Source of the DNA: Burkholderiales bacterium
Lineage (GTDB): Bacteria; Pseudomonadota; Gammaproteobacteria; Burkholderiales; JAEUOS01
Assembly: GCA_016790695.1 (NCBI GenBank)
Contig: JAEUOS010000179.1
Coordinates: 14,297 to 78,296 of the forward strand
Direction of reading: 5' to 3'
Length of the DNA stretch: 64,000 nt
In this document: positions 19,859-29,090 of the stretch, one piece after another
Layout of the letters: every line of letters begins with the position of its first letter
Numbering within the stretch: the stretch's first letter is position 1
Notes under the pieces: generated by a model
Told to the model about the DNA's origin: nothing
Databases searched by the model: none
The model's input: the letters and a program-made list of their open reading frames with translations, nothing else
Made by a program: the position numbers and the translations under genes

Positions 19859-20548
19859 ATGACCGCCACATTGCTGATGATCGAGGACGACAGCCGCCTC
19901 GCCGACATGGTGCGCGAGTACCTGTCACGGGAAGGATTCACGGTGAGCGTGTCCGGCTCCGGCGCTGCCGGCCTGGCGTGGCTGGAACAGCACCACGCCG
20001 ATCTGGTCATCCTCGATCTCATGCTGCCCGACGGCGGCGGACTCGACGTGTGTCGCGCGATCCGGCGGCGCGGGCAGCTGCCGATCCTGATCCTGTCTGC
20101 CCGAGGCGACGCCGCCGATCGCATCGTCGGCCTCGAGATCGGCGCCGACGATTACCTGCCCAAACCGTTCGAACCGCGCGAACTGCTGGCACGCGTCCGC
20201 GCCGTGCTGCGCCGCCGGCACCCGGACGCTCGTGTCGACGCCTTGCGCTTCGGCCGGCTCGAGCTCGACCGCGACGCGCGCGTCGTCCGTGTCGACGGCC
20301 ACGCGCGCCAGCTCACGGCGCGTCAGTTCAGGCTGCTGGCAGCGATGGCCGAACGCGCCGGTCGCGTGCTCACGCGCGATCAGCTCATGGAGGTCAGCCG
20401 CGACGACAGCGGCGAGGCCTACGATCGCTCGATCGACGTCCAGGTGGCGCGGATCCGCGCCGCCATCGAAGACGACCCGAGGCACCCGCGGCGCATCATC
20501 ACGGTGCGCGGCGCCGGGTATGTCTTCTCCCGCGCCCCGGATGGCTAG
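19859..20548 (+). CDS. OmpR/PhoB-family response regulator
   Basis: MTATLLMIEDD... receiver domain (DLVILDLMLPDG) plus a winged-helix output domain (...ITVRGAGYVF). Start is the ATG at 19859. Confidence 0.92.
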   Translation: MTATLLMIEDDSRLADMVREYLSREGFTVSVSGSGAAGLAWLEQHHADLVILDLMLPDGGGLDVCRAIRRRGQLPILILSARGDAADRIVGLEIGADDYLPKPFEPRELLARVRAVLRRRHPDARVDALRFGRLELDRDARVVRVDGHARQLTARQFRLLAAMAERAGRVLTRDQLMEVSRDDSGEAYDRSIDVQVARIRAAIEDDPRHPRRIITVRGAGYVFSRAPDG

Positions 20549-21701
20549 GGACGCAGCCTTGCGCGCGCGGCGCTTCGGCCACCGGCTGTACCTGCGGATC
20601 TGGCTCGCGGTCCTGCTCGGCCTGGCCGCGACCGCGCTCCTGGCCTTCGCCGCCCTGCATCTGGCGGGCGACGCGCGCGCGCCGCGCACGATCGCGCTGG
20701 TCGACGCGACCGGCCGGCCCGCGGGTCACGCGCGCCTCGACGTCATGCCCGCCCCTGGCACCGTGCGCGTCGCGCTCGACGACGGCCGTGTCCTGTTCGC
20801 CCGCTGGAGCGACGCCGCCGGGCAGCGGCGCGCACCCGGGTTCGGCTGGTGGCTGGCCCTGATCGTCGCGGCCGTCGGGCTCGCCGCCTATCCGGTCGCG
20901 CGGCGCCTGACGCGCCGGCTCGAGCGGCTGCGCGCCGGCGTCGACGCCCACGGCGGCGGCGATCTCGCCGCCCGCGTTGAGGTGCGCGGTCACGACGAGA
21001 TCGCCTACCTCGCGGACCGCTTCAACCACGCCGCCGCGCGCATCGAGGCACTGGTCGCGAAGGAGCGCGATCTGCTCGCCAATGCGTCGCACGAGCTGCG
21101 CTCGCCGCTGGCTCGCCTGCGCATGAGCATCGAGCTGCTCGGCCGCGGCGACGACACCCGCGTGCGCGCGGGCATCGCCCGCGACATCGGCGAACTCGAC
21201 GCGCTGATCGAGGAGATTCTCCTGGCCAGCCGGCTCGGCGCCAGCGGCGCGCCGCCGGAACCGTTCGCGGACGTCGACCTCACCGCACTGGCCGCCGAGG
21301 AATGCGCACGCGCCGACATCCGGTTCGAAGCCGACGGCGCGCTGCGCGTGCATGGCAGCACCCGGCTCCTGCGCCGCTGCCTGCGCAACCTGCTCGACAA
21401 CGCCCGCCGCCACGCGGGCGCGGGCGGCGATGCCATGGTGCGGCTCGCGCAGACCGGCGACCGCGTCGTCCTGCGCGTCGGCGACCGCGGTCCCGGCGTG
21501 GCCGACGATGAGCGCGAACGGATCTTCGAGCCCTTCCACCGCGCGCGCGGCGCCAGCGAGGCCGACGGCGGGGTCGGCCTCGGTCTCGCGCTGGTGCGCG
21601 CGATCGCCGCCCGCCATGGCGGCACCGCGCGCTGCGCGGCGAGAAGCGGCGGCGGCGCCTGGTTCATCGTCGAGCTGCCGGCCGCGGCGGCGGCACGCTA
21701 G
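20541..21701 (+). CDS. Sensor histidine kinase (2 TM, HAMP, HisKA, HATPase)
   Basis: The ATG at 20541 overlaps the regulator gene by 8 nt. H-box ASHELRSPLARL, N/G boxes (LLDNARRHA, GDRGPGV, GVGLGLALV), and a short predicted periplasmic loop. Confidence 0.9.
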   Translation: MARDAALRARRFGHRLYLRIWLAVLLGLAATALLAFAALHLAGDARAPRTIALVDATGRPAGHARLDVMPAPGTVRVALDDGRVLFARWSDAAGQRRAPGFGWWLALIVAAVGLAAYPVARRLTRRLERLRAGVDAHGGGDLAARVEVRGHDEIAYLADRFNHAAARIEALVAKERDLLANASHELRSPLARLRMSIELLGRGDDTRVRAGIARDIGELDALIEEILLASRLGASGAPPEPFADVDLTALAAEECARADIRFEADGALRVHGSTRLLRRCLRNLLDNARRHAGAGGDAMVRLAQTGDRVVLRVGDRGPGVADDERERIFEPFHRARGASEADGGVGLGLALVRAIAARHGGTARCAARSGGGAWFIVELPAAAAAR

Positions 21702-21752
21702 GGCGCCCGGTTCGCTGCGATACTGCGGGCTCCTCCATGCCCGGAGCACCGC

Positions 21753-23474
21753 ATGCTTCAGGACACCGCCGTTGCTGCCCCGACCGGCCAGGGATGGCTG
21801 GCGCGCCGCGCGCGCCTGGCAAGCGGCCTCGTGCTGTTCGCGTTCGTCCTGACGCATCTGCTCAATCACGCCCTGGGCCTGGTGTCGCTGGCTGCGATGG
21901 AGTCGGGACGCCACGTCTTCCTCTCCCTCTGGCGCAACCCGGCAGGACATCTGGTGCTCGGCTCGGCCGCGCTGGTCCACCTCTGCCTGGCGTTCTGGTC
22001 GATCTACCAGCGCCGCACCCTGCGCATGCCGCTGGCCGAGGCCATGCAGCTCCTGCTCGGGCTTGCGATTCCGCTCCTGGTGATCGAGCACGTTCTCGGG
22101 ACCGCGGTGGCGAACGCGCTGTTCGGCTTTCAGGACACGTACGCCTTCCTGCTCCACGTGTTCTGGAACCAGCGTCCCGAACTCGGCCTGATGCAGTCGG
22201 CGCTGCTGACCATCGCCTGGACCCACGCCTGCATCGGCCTGAATTTCTGGCTGGGCACGCGCGCCTGGTATGCGCGCCGGCTGGTCTTCGCCTACACGCT
22301 GGCGCTCCTGGTGCCGATCCTGTCCGTGCTGGGCTTCGTCTCCGGCGCACGCGAGGCCACCGTCCTGCTGCAGGACCCCGACGCAAGGCAGGCGATCTTC
22401 GCCCACGCGCGCATCATCAAGCCGGCGCAGCGGGCCGAACTCGGCGACCTCGCGCGCGTCCTGCTTGCAGCCTTCGGCACACTGCTCGCCGCCGCGCTGG
22501 CTGCGCGCGCCGTGCGTCTGGCGGCCGAACAGCGACGCGCGGTGCGCGTGACCTACCCGGGCGGACGCGTGGTGTCGATGCCGCTCGGCATGTCGATCCT
22601 CGAGTGCAGCCGCGTCGCCGGCATCGCCCACGCGTCCGTGTGCGGAGGCCGTGCGCGCTGCTCGACCTGCCGCGTGCAGGTGCTCGCCGGGGCCGACACC
22701 CTGCCCGCCGCGCGCGCGGACGAGTCACGACTGCTCGAGCGCGTCAAGGCGGGCCGCGACGTGCGCCTCGCCTGCCAGCTGCGCCCGACGCGGGACCTGG
22801 CGGTCGTGCCGCTGATCCCTCCGACCACCGAGCCGGCCCGCGCCCTCGACACCCCAGACCGCATGAGCGGCGAGGAACGCGAGATCTGCGTACTGTTCGC
22901 CGATCTGCGCGGATTCACCCGCCTGTCCGAGTCGCGCCTGCCGTACGATGTGGTGTTTCTGCTCAACCGCTACTTCGAGGCCACCGGGCGTGCGATCGAC
23001 GCGGCGGGCGGAATCACCAACCAGTTCACCGGCGATGGCGTGATGGCGCTGTTCGGGGTCCATGACGGCGCGGCCGCCGGCGCACGCCACGCGCTCGAAG
23101 CCGCCCGCGCGATGACGCGCGCGGTCGCCGCGCTGAGCGCGGACCTGCGCCATGAGCTGCCCGAACCGCTGCGCATGGGAATCGGCATCCACTGCGGTCA
23201 CACCGTCGTCGGCCACATGGGGCGCGGCGTCGCCACGTATCTGACGGCGGTCGGCGACGCCGTCAACACCGCCAGTCGCCTGCAGGACCAGACCAAGCAG
23301 TTCGGCTGCCAGCTGATCTTCTCCGAGTCCGTCGCCGAACGGGCCGGCATCGACGCCGGCCGCTACCCGCTGGAGCGGATCACCGTGCGCAACCGCGCCA
23401 CGCCGATCGCGGTGCGGATCGTTGCCGACGTGGAGACGCTGCCGGTTGGGCTGTCCGGCGCCGTGGCCGCGTGA
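21753..23474 (+). CDS. Membrane-anchored 2Fe-2S ferredoxin / class III adenylate-guanylate cyclase fusion protein
   Basis: 573 aa. The N-terminal ~250 aa carries about 6 hydrophobic helices with conserved His (THLLNH, LVHLCL, IEHVLG, WTHACIG). Next is a plant-type ferredoxin cluster motif, CGGRARCSTC...LAC. The cyclase core follows (ICVLFADLRGFTRLSE, FTGDGVMALFG, GIHCGHTVVGHMG). Confidence 0.85.
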   Translation: MLQDTAVAAPTGQGWLARRARLASGLVLFAFVLTHLLNHALGLVSLAAMESGRHVFLSLWRNPAGHLVLGSAALVHLCLAFWSIYQRRTLRMPLAEAMQLLLGLAIPLLVIEHVLGTAVANALFGFQDTYAFLLHVFWNQRPELGLMQSALLTIAWTHACIGLNFWLGTRAWYARRLVFAYTLALLVPILSVLGFVSGAREATVLLQDPDARQAIFAHARIIKPAQRAELGDLARVLLAAFGTLLAAALAARAVRLAAEQRRAVRVTYPGGRVVSMPLGMSILECSRVAGIAHASVCGGRARCSTCRVQVLAGADTLPAARADESRLLERVKAGRDVRLACQLRPTRDLAVVPLIPPTTEPARALDTPDRMSGEEREICVLFADLRGFTRLSESRLPYDVVFLLNRYFEATGRAIDAAGGITNQFTGDGVMALFGVHDGAAAGARHALEAARAMTRAVAALSADLRHELPEPLRMGIGIHCGHTVVGHMGRGVATYLTAVGDAVNTASRLQDQTKQFGCQLIFSESVAERAGIDAGRYPLERITVRNRATPIAVRIVADVETLPVGLSGAVAA

Positions 23475-23528
23475 TGACGAACGCGCGGAACGCGCGCGCG
23501 GCAGCGGGAGCGCGCGGCGCCATGGGCG

Positions 23529-23534
23529 TAGAAT
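23529..23534 (+). promoter_or_regulatory. Candidate -10 element TAGAAT(CC)
   Basis: gcgTAGAATCCtg in the intergenic region, about 80-90 nt upstream of the MlaC-like gene start. Confidence 0.3.
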
Positions 23535-23610
23535 CCTGCGCCTGCAGAGGCGCGAACGCCCGCTGGGGGACTGAACCGATGAAACCGTCGAACCCGCAAC
23601 GCTGCCGCCC

Positions 23611-24336
23611 GTGCGTGCGCCGATGCTGACCCGGCTGCTGCGCCGGATGCTGCCGGCCCTGGCCTGGATCGGGCTGTGCGGCGCGCCGTCGGCCGCGGCG
23701 CAGCCGTCCCCCGCCGCGTTCGTCGACGGCATCGTCGCGGTGCTGGGGAACTCGATTAAGGCCGCCGAGGCGGCCCTGGGCGGCGACGGCGCGTTGCCCG
23801 CCGCGGCGGCGATCATCGAGCGTGACGTCGCGCCGCACATGGACTTCGGCGTGATCACCCGCGAAGCCGCGGCCGGCGCGTGGGAGGCGGCCAGCGCGGC
23901 GCAGAAGGCGGCCCTGGTGCGCGAGTTCCGCGCGCTGCTCGTCCACGTGCTTGCGCGCCTCCTGGTCACCAATCGCGGCGACACGCTCAATGTCCTGACC
24001 GCGCCGGCTGCCGCCAACGCGCGCGAGGCAGCGGTGAGGGTCGCGGTGACCCGGCCGCGGAGCGCCGGGCAGGCGCCGGAGCCGATGCTGGTCACCGTCC
24101 GCCGCAGCGGCGACGCCTGGAAGATCCGCGAACTGCGCACCGACGGCGTCGACGTCGTCCGGCTCTACAGCGCCAACTTTGCCGTGGTCATCGAGCGCCA
24201 GGGCGGAATCGAGGGGCTGATCCGCGCCCTGGCCGAGCGCAACGCACGCAATGCGCAGGCCGCGGTCGCGCCGCCGCCGGCCCTCACGCCGCGCGTGCTC
24301 GTCGAGGACGCCTGCATCGGCTGCGCCTCCCCCTGA
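23611..24336 (+). CDS. MlaC/Ttg2D-family periplasmic lipid-binding protein (orphan)
   Basis: Signal peptide MLTRLLRRMLPALAWIGLCGAPSAAAQ (an ATG at 23623 may be the true start). The block VAPHMDFGVITREAAAGAWEAASAAQKAALVREFRALLVHVLARLL resembles the MlaC family. Confidence 0.7.
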   Translation: MRAPMLTRLLRRMLPALAWIGLCGAPSAAAQPSPAAFVDGIVAVLGNSIKAAEAALGGDGALPAAAAIIERDVAPHMDFGVITREAAAGAWEAASAAQKAALVREFRALLVHVLARLLVTNRGDTLNVLTAPAAANAREAAVRVAVTRPRSAGQAPEPMLVTVRRSGDAWKIRELRTDGVDVVRLYSANFAVVIERQGGIEGLIRALAERNARNAQAAVAPPPALTPRVLVEDACIGCASP

Positions 24337-24368
24337 GGGGCGCGGCGACGCGCCCTCTCCATTCTTTC
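24337..24368 (+). terminator. Candidate intrinsic terminator after the MlaC-like gene
   Basis: GGGCGCG-GCGA-CGCGCCC hairpin (7-bp stem at 24338-24355 with a GNRA-type loop), followed by the pyrimidine/T-rich stretch tctccattctttc. Confidence 0.4.
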
Positions 24369-24383
24369 GCGCAAGGATTCCCC

Positions 24384-25205
24384 ATGGGCAGGCTCGACGG
24401 CAGGATAGCGATTGTCAGCGGATCGGGGCGCGGCATCGGACGCGCGTGCGCGATCAAGCTCGCCGCCGAAGGTGCGCGGGTCGTGGTCAACGACCTCGAC
24501 GCCGCGCCGGCCGCCGACGTGGTCGCCGCGATCCGCGCCGGCGGCGGCGAGGCGATCGCCGTCCCCGGCAGCGTCACCGAGGACGGCTTCGCCGAGCGCT
24601 TCGTCGCGGCCGCGGTCGACACCTGGGGCGGCCTCGACATCATCGTCAACAACGCGGGCTTCACCTGGGACTCGGTGATCCAGAAGATGACCGACGAGCA
24701 GTTCGATGCCGTTCTCGACGTCCACCTGAAGGCACCATTCCGCATCCTGCGCGCAGCCGCAGGGGTGATCCGCGAGGCCGCCAAGCGCGACGCCGCGGCC
24801 GGCCGCGAGGTGTTCCGCAAGGTGGTCAACGTCTCGTCGATCTCCGGCACGCAAGGCAACGCCGGGCAGACCAACTATTCGACGGCCAAGGCCGGCATCA
24901 CCGGCATGACGCGCACGCTGGCCAGGGAGTGGGGACGCTACAAGGTCAATGTGAACGCGGTCGCGTTCGGCTACATCGTCACCCGCATGACGCAGGCAGT
25001 CGAAGGCGGCCCGGCGACGCTCGACGTCGGCGGTCGCGCCATTCCCGCCGGCATTCCGGCGCAGCAGGTGCGCATGATGGAGGCGGGCATCCCGCTGGGG
25101 CGCGGCGGCACCGCCGAGGAGGCGGCCGATGCCATCTATCTCCTGTGCACGCCCGAGGCCAATTACATCAGCGGCCATGTGCTGATGGTCACCGGAGGGC
25201 TCTAG
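24384..25205 (+). CDS. Short-chain dehydrogenase/reductase (SDR) family oxidoreductase
   Basis: MGRLDGRIAIVSGSGRGIGRA (TGxxxGxG-like), NNAG, and catalytic NYSTAKAG (Y-x3-K). Start is the ATG at 24384. Confidence 0.9.
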   Translation: MGRLDGRIAIVSGSGRGIGRACAIKLAAEGARVVVNDLDAAPAADVVAAIRAGGGEAIAVPGSVTEDGFAERFVAAAVDTWGGLDIIVNNAGFTWDSVIQKMTDEQFDAVLDVHLKAPFRILRAAAGVIREAAKRDAAAGREVFRKVVNVSSISGTQGNAGQTNYSTAKAGITGMTRTLAREWGRYKVNVNAVAFGYIVTRMTQAVEGGPATLDVGGRAIPAGIPAQQVRMMEAGIPLGRGGTAEEAADAIYLLCTPEANYISGHVLMVTGGL

Positions 25206-25208
25206 CCG

Positions 25209-26528
25209 ATGGCCAGGCCGAACTTCGTGTTCATTCTCGCCGACGACCTCGGCTATGCTGACCTGGGAGTGACCGGCGCACGCGATTCCGGCCTGCCCGG
25301 CGGCGTCTCGCCCAATCTCGACCGCCTGGCGCGCGAGGGCCTGCTGTTCACCAGCGGCTATTCCAATTCGCCGGTGTGCTCGCCCACCCGATTCGCGCTG
25401 GCCACCGGGCGCTACCAGTACCGCCTGCGCGGCGCCGCCGAGGAGCCGCTCGCGGGCACCGCCCGGGGGAATCCGGTCCTCGGCCTGCCGCCGGCCCATC
25501 CGACCCTGGCGTCGCTGCTGCGCGATGCCGGCTATGCCACGGCGCTGATCGGCAAGTGGCACCTCGGCTTCCGGCCGCATTTCGGGCCGGAGAAGAGCGG
25601 CTACCAGATGTTCTTCGGGCCGATGGCCGGCGGCGTGGATTACTTTTCCCACAGCAGCCGCGACGGCATCGTCGACCTGTGGGAGAACGAGGTCCAGGTC
25701 AGGCGCGAGGGTTACCTGACCGACCTGCTCTCGGAGCGCGCCGCCGCGTTCGTGCGCGCGCAGGGGCGCCGGCCCTTCATGCTCTCGCTCCACTACACCG
25801 CGCCGCATTGGCCGTGGGAGACGCGCGACGACATCGCGGAGTCACGCCGCATCAACGGCGCCATCCCGCACACCGACGGCGGCTCGATCGCCACCTACCG
25901 CCGCATGATCCACCACATGGACGAGGGCATCGGCGCGCTGATGGCGGCATTGCGCGAGACCGGCGCCGACGCCGACACCCTGGTCGTGTTCACGAGCGAC
26001 AACGGCGGCGAGCGCTTTTCCGACAACTGGCCGTTCATCGGCCAGAAGATGGACCTGCTCGAAGGCGGCATTCGCGTGCCGCTCCTGGCGCGCTGGCCGG
26101 CGCGGATCGCGGCGGGCGGCGTGACCGACACGCCGGCGATCACCATGGACTGGGTCGCGACGATGCTCGAGGCGGCGGGCGTCGCGCCCGACCCCGCGCA
26201 TCCGCTCGACGGCGCGAGTCTCGTGCCGCTGTTCGCTGACCCGACCTGGCAGCCGGCCCGCAACCTGTTCTGGCGTATGGCCTATCGCGGCCAGCGCGCG
26301 ATGCGGCAGGGACAATGGAAGTACCTGAGGATCGAGGACCACGAGTACCTGTTCGACCTGGAACGCGACGCGCGCGAGCGCGCCAACCAGGCCGCACGCC
26401 AGCCGGAGCGCATTGCCGCGATGCGCGCGGCCTGGGATGCCTGGGCCGCGACCATGCCGGGGATTCCGGCCGATGCCAGGGTGTCGCTGGTCTACGGCGA
26501 GGCGCAGATGCCGCGGCCGTCGCATTGA
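25209..26528 (+). CDS. Arylsulfatase-family (type I sulfatase) protein, no signal peptide
   Basis: MARPNFVFILADDLGYADLG, with the formylglycine motif CSPTR in SPVCSPTRFALATGRY. 439 aa. Confidence 0.9.
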   Translation: MARPNFVFILADDLGYADLGVTGARDSGLPGGVSPNLDRLAREGLLFTSGYSNSPVCSPTRFALATGRYQYRLRGAAEEPLAGTARGNPVLGLPPAHPTLASLLRDAGYATALIGKWHLGFRPHFGPEKSGYQMFFGPMAGGVDYFSHSSRDGIVDLWENEVQVRREGYLTDLLSERAAAFVRAQGRRPFMLSLHYTAPHWPWETRDDIAESRRINGAIPHTDGGSIATYRRMIHHMDEGIGALMAALRETGADADTLVVFTSDNGGERFSDNWPFIGQKMDLLEGGIRVPLLARWPARIAAGGVTDTPAITMDWVATMLEAAGVAPDPAHPLDGASLVPLFADPTWQPARNLFWRMAYRGQRAMRQGQWKYLRIEDHEYLFDLERDARERANQAARQPERIAAMRAAWDAWAATMPGIPADARVSLVYGEAQMPRPSH

Positions 26529-26544
26529 CCGGGCGCAGCGCGCC

Positions 26545-27465
26545 GTGGCGAAGTCCGGTCGTTCGCGCGCGCTCGCCCACTTCGACGCGATCCGGCGCGC
26601 CGGCTCGATCCGCGCGGCGGCACGCGGCCTCCACATCTCCTCGTCCGCGCTGAACCGTCAGTTGCTGCTGCTCGAGGAGTCCCTCGGCTTTCCCCTGTTC
26701 GAGCGGCTGCCGCGCGGCCTGCGGCTGACGCCCGGCGGCGAGATCGTCGCGCGTCATGCCATCACCGTCCTGCAGGACGAGGCGCGCATGGCCGCGGAAC
26801 TCGATGCGCTCAAGGGCATCCGCCGCGGCTCGGTCGACGTCGCGACGGTCGAAACGCTCGCTGCCGGCATGATTCCCGCGGTGCTCGATCGCCTGCTCGC
26901 GCGCCATCCCGCCGTCCAGGTCACCGTGCGCATCGCCGGGTCTGCCGCGGCGGCCGGCGCGGTCGTCGACGGCGATGCCGACATCGCGATCGCCTTCCTG
27001 CGCCGACGCACCGACGGCCTGCGGCAGGTCGCGCGCGGCAGGTTCCGCGTCGGCGCGGTGGTGCCGCCGCGGCATCCGCTCGCCGCGCGCGGCAGCGTCA
27101 CCTTCGCGGAATGTGCGCGCCACCCGCTGGTGCTGCCGACCGCCGAACTGTCGATCCACGACGACCTGCAGCCGCTGTTCGGCAGCCAGGCGCGGGCGCT
27201 GCAGGTCGTGCTCGCGACCGGCTCGATCGAACTGGCCAAGAGCCTCGCCGCGCGCGGCGCCGGCATCGCCTTCGCCAACCGCTTCGGTATCGCGGCCGAG
27301 GCGGCCCAGGCGCAGCTTCGCTTCGTGCCGCTCAGGCCGGCAGTGCACTCCGAGCTCGGGATCTACGTCCGCGCCGAACGGCACCTGCCGCCCGCGGTCG
27401 ACGCCCTGGTGCGCATCGCCGCAGACGAGATCGCGCGCCTCGAGACGCGCGACGGGTCGGGTTGA
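26545..27465 (+). CDS. LysR-family transcriptional regulator
   Basis: HTH region ALAHFDAIRRAGSIRAAARGLHISSSALNRQLLLLEESLGFPLFERLPRGLRLT. The start is uncertain; GTG at 26545 was chosen because the in-frame ATGs lie inside the sulfatase gene. Confidence 0.8.
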   Translation: MAKSGRSRALAHFDAIRRAGSIRAAARGLHISSSALNRQLLLLEESLGFPLFERLPRGLRLTPGGEIVARHAITVLQDEARMAAELDALKGIRRGSVDVATVETLAAGMIPAVLDRLLARHPAVQVTVRIAGSAAAAGAVVDGDADIAIAFLRRRTDGLRQVARGRFRVGAVVPPRHPLAARGSVTFAECARHPLVLPTAELSIHDDLQPLFGSQARALQVVLATGSIELAKSLAARGAGIAFANRFGIAAEAAQAQLRFVPLRPAVHSELGIYVRAERHLPPAVDALVRIAADEIARLETRDGSG

Positions 27466-27595
27466 CGCTGCAATTTCTGCAGCGGCCTGCGCGAAATTTT
27501 GCGCTTTCTCGCTCGGCGGCGCCGGCATAGACTGCCTCATCGCCAGCACGCGCGCGTCCCGCGGCGTGCGCGAGGCGAATTCGGAGCCTCGATCC

Positions 27596-28582
27596 ATGCA
27601 CCTGTCCCTTCGCCTTTCCCGGACCGCCGCCGCAGCGCTGCTTGCCGCATGCGCGGTCGGCAGCCACGCGCAGAGCGGTGCCGGCGACTATCCGAGCCGC
27701 ACGGTGCGCGTCATCGTCCCGGCGGCCAGCGGCAGCCTGACCGATCCGGTGGCCCGGGTACTCGTCGACGAACTCGCGCGCAACACCGGCGGAACCTGGG
27801 TGGTGGACAACCGCCCCGGCGCCGGCGGCATCATCGGCGCGGACGCCGTCGCGAAAGCGCCCGCGGACGGCTACACGCTGCTGTTCACGGCCAACAACTT
27901 CATCATCACCCCGAGCCTCTACGCCAAGGTGCCGTTCCGGATCCCGGACGATTTCACCAGCATCGGGCTGGTCGGGCGCGCCGACAATCTGCTCGTGGCC
28001 TCCGCCGCGACGGGCATCCGCAACCTCGGCGAGCTGGTCGCGCGCGCCAAGGCCTCGCCCAAGCCGCTCGAGTACACCTCCCCCCTGCTTGGCTCGGCCG
28101 CGCATCTGACCGTCGAGTTGTTCAAGCGCAGCGCCGGCATCGCGCTCGAGCACATCCCGTACAAGGACTCGGGCCAGGGCACCGGCGACACCCTGGCGGG
28201 CCGCATCCCGGTCAACATCATGGGGCTGTCGACAGCGCTGCCACACATCCGCGCGGGCAAGCTGGTGCCGCTGGCCTGGACCGGGGCCCGACGGCCGCCG
28301 GAACTGCCCGAGACGCCGACCTTCGTCGAGGCCGGCTACAAGGACGTGCACATGGGGCTGTGGTTCGGCTTCGTCGGCCCGGCACGCCTGCCTGCGAGCC
28401 TGGTGAGCCACCTGAACGGGCGCATCAACGCGGCGCTTGCCGCGCCGGCGGTGATCGAACGGCTCGGCAACCTGCGCATCGCGCCGCTGCCCGGCGATTC
28501 CCAGGCCATGGCGCGACTGATCGCCGCCGAGCTCCCGGTCTACGCCAAACTCGCCGCCGACACCGGCATCCGGCTCGACTAG
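27596..28582 (+). CDS. Bug/TctC-family tripartite tricarboxylate transporter substrate-binding protein
   Basis: Signal peptide MHLSLRLSRTAAAALLAACAVGSHAQ, then YPSRTVRVIVPAASGSLTDPVARVL...NRPGAGGIIGADAVAKAPADGYTLLF. Confidence 0.9.
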   Translation: MHLSLRLSRTAAAALLAACAVGSHAQSGAGDYPSRTVRVIVPAASGSLTDPVARVLVDELARNTGGTWVVDNRPGAGGIIGADAVAKAPADGYTLLFTANNFIITPSLYAKVPFRIPDDFTSIGLVGRADNLLVASAATGIRNLGELVARAKASPKPLEYTSPLLGSAAHLTVELFKRSAGIALEHIPYKDSGQGTGDTLAGRIPVNIMGLSTALPHIRAGKLVPLAWTGARRPPELPETPTFVEAGYKDVHMGLWFGFVGPARLPASLVSHLNGRINAALAAPAVIERLGNLRIAPLPGDSQAMARLIAAELPVYAKLAADTGIRLD

Positions 28583-28589
28583 GCGCGCC

Positions 28590-29090
28590 ATGCCGGACGG
28601 CGCACCGCGGATCGCCGCGATCTTCACCTGCGCGCGGGCGGGACTGCCGATGCAGGCGCTGCCCGCGGCGCGGATCATCGCCGGCACCGGAATCGACGGC
28701 GACCGCTACGCCCAGGGGCTCGGCGCCTACTCGCGCGTCGCGCCGGTCAAGATCCGCCACGCCACGTTCATCTGCCGTGCCGCGATCGCCGACGCCAACG
28801 CCTGGCTCGCGCAGCGCGGACACGCGCCGTTCAGCGCGGCCGAGACGCGCCGCAACTTCGAGGTCGACGGCCTCGACGCCGAACTGCTCAACGGCCTGGT
28901 CGGCGCCGTGTTCCGTGTCGGTACACTGCGCTTCCGCGGACTGGAACTCGCCACGCCGTGTCATCGGCCCTCGCGCCTGCTGTCCCGCGGCGCGGTGTTC
29001 GAGGCGGCGTTCGCGGGCCGCGGCGGCCTGCGCGCCGAGGCCTGCGACGACGGCGTGGTCAGCGAAGGCGACCTCCTGCAGCTAGGGTGA
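28590..29090 (+). CDS. MOSC domain-containing protein
   Basis: 166 aa. AGTGIDGDRY..., ETRRNFEVDG, ELATPCHRPS with a conserved Cys. This is a family-level call only. Confidence 0.7.
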   Translation: MPDGAPRIAAIFTCARAGLPMQALPAARIIAGTGIDGDRYAQGLGAYSRVAPVKIRHATFICRAAIADANAWLAQRGHAPFSAAETRRNFEVDGLDAELLNGLVGAVFRVGTLRFRGLELATPCHRPSRLLSRGAVFEAAFAGRGGLRAEACDDGVVSEGDLLQLG

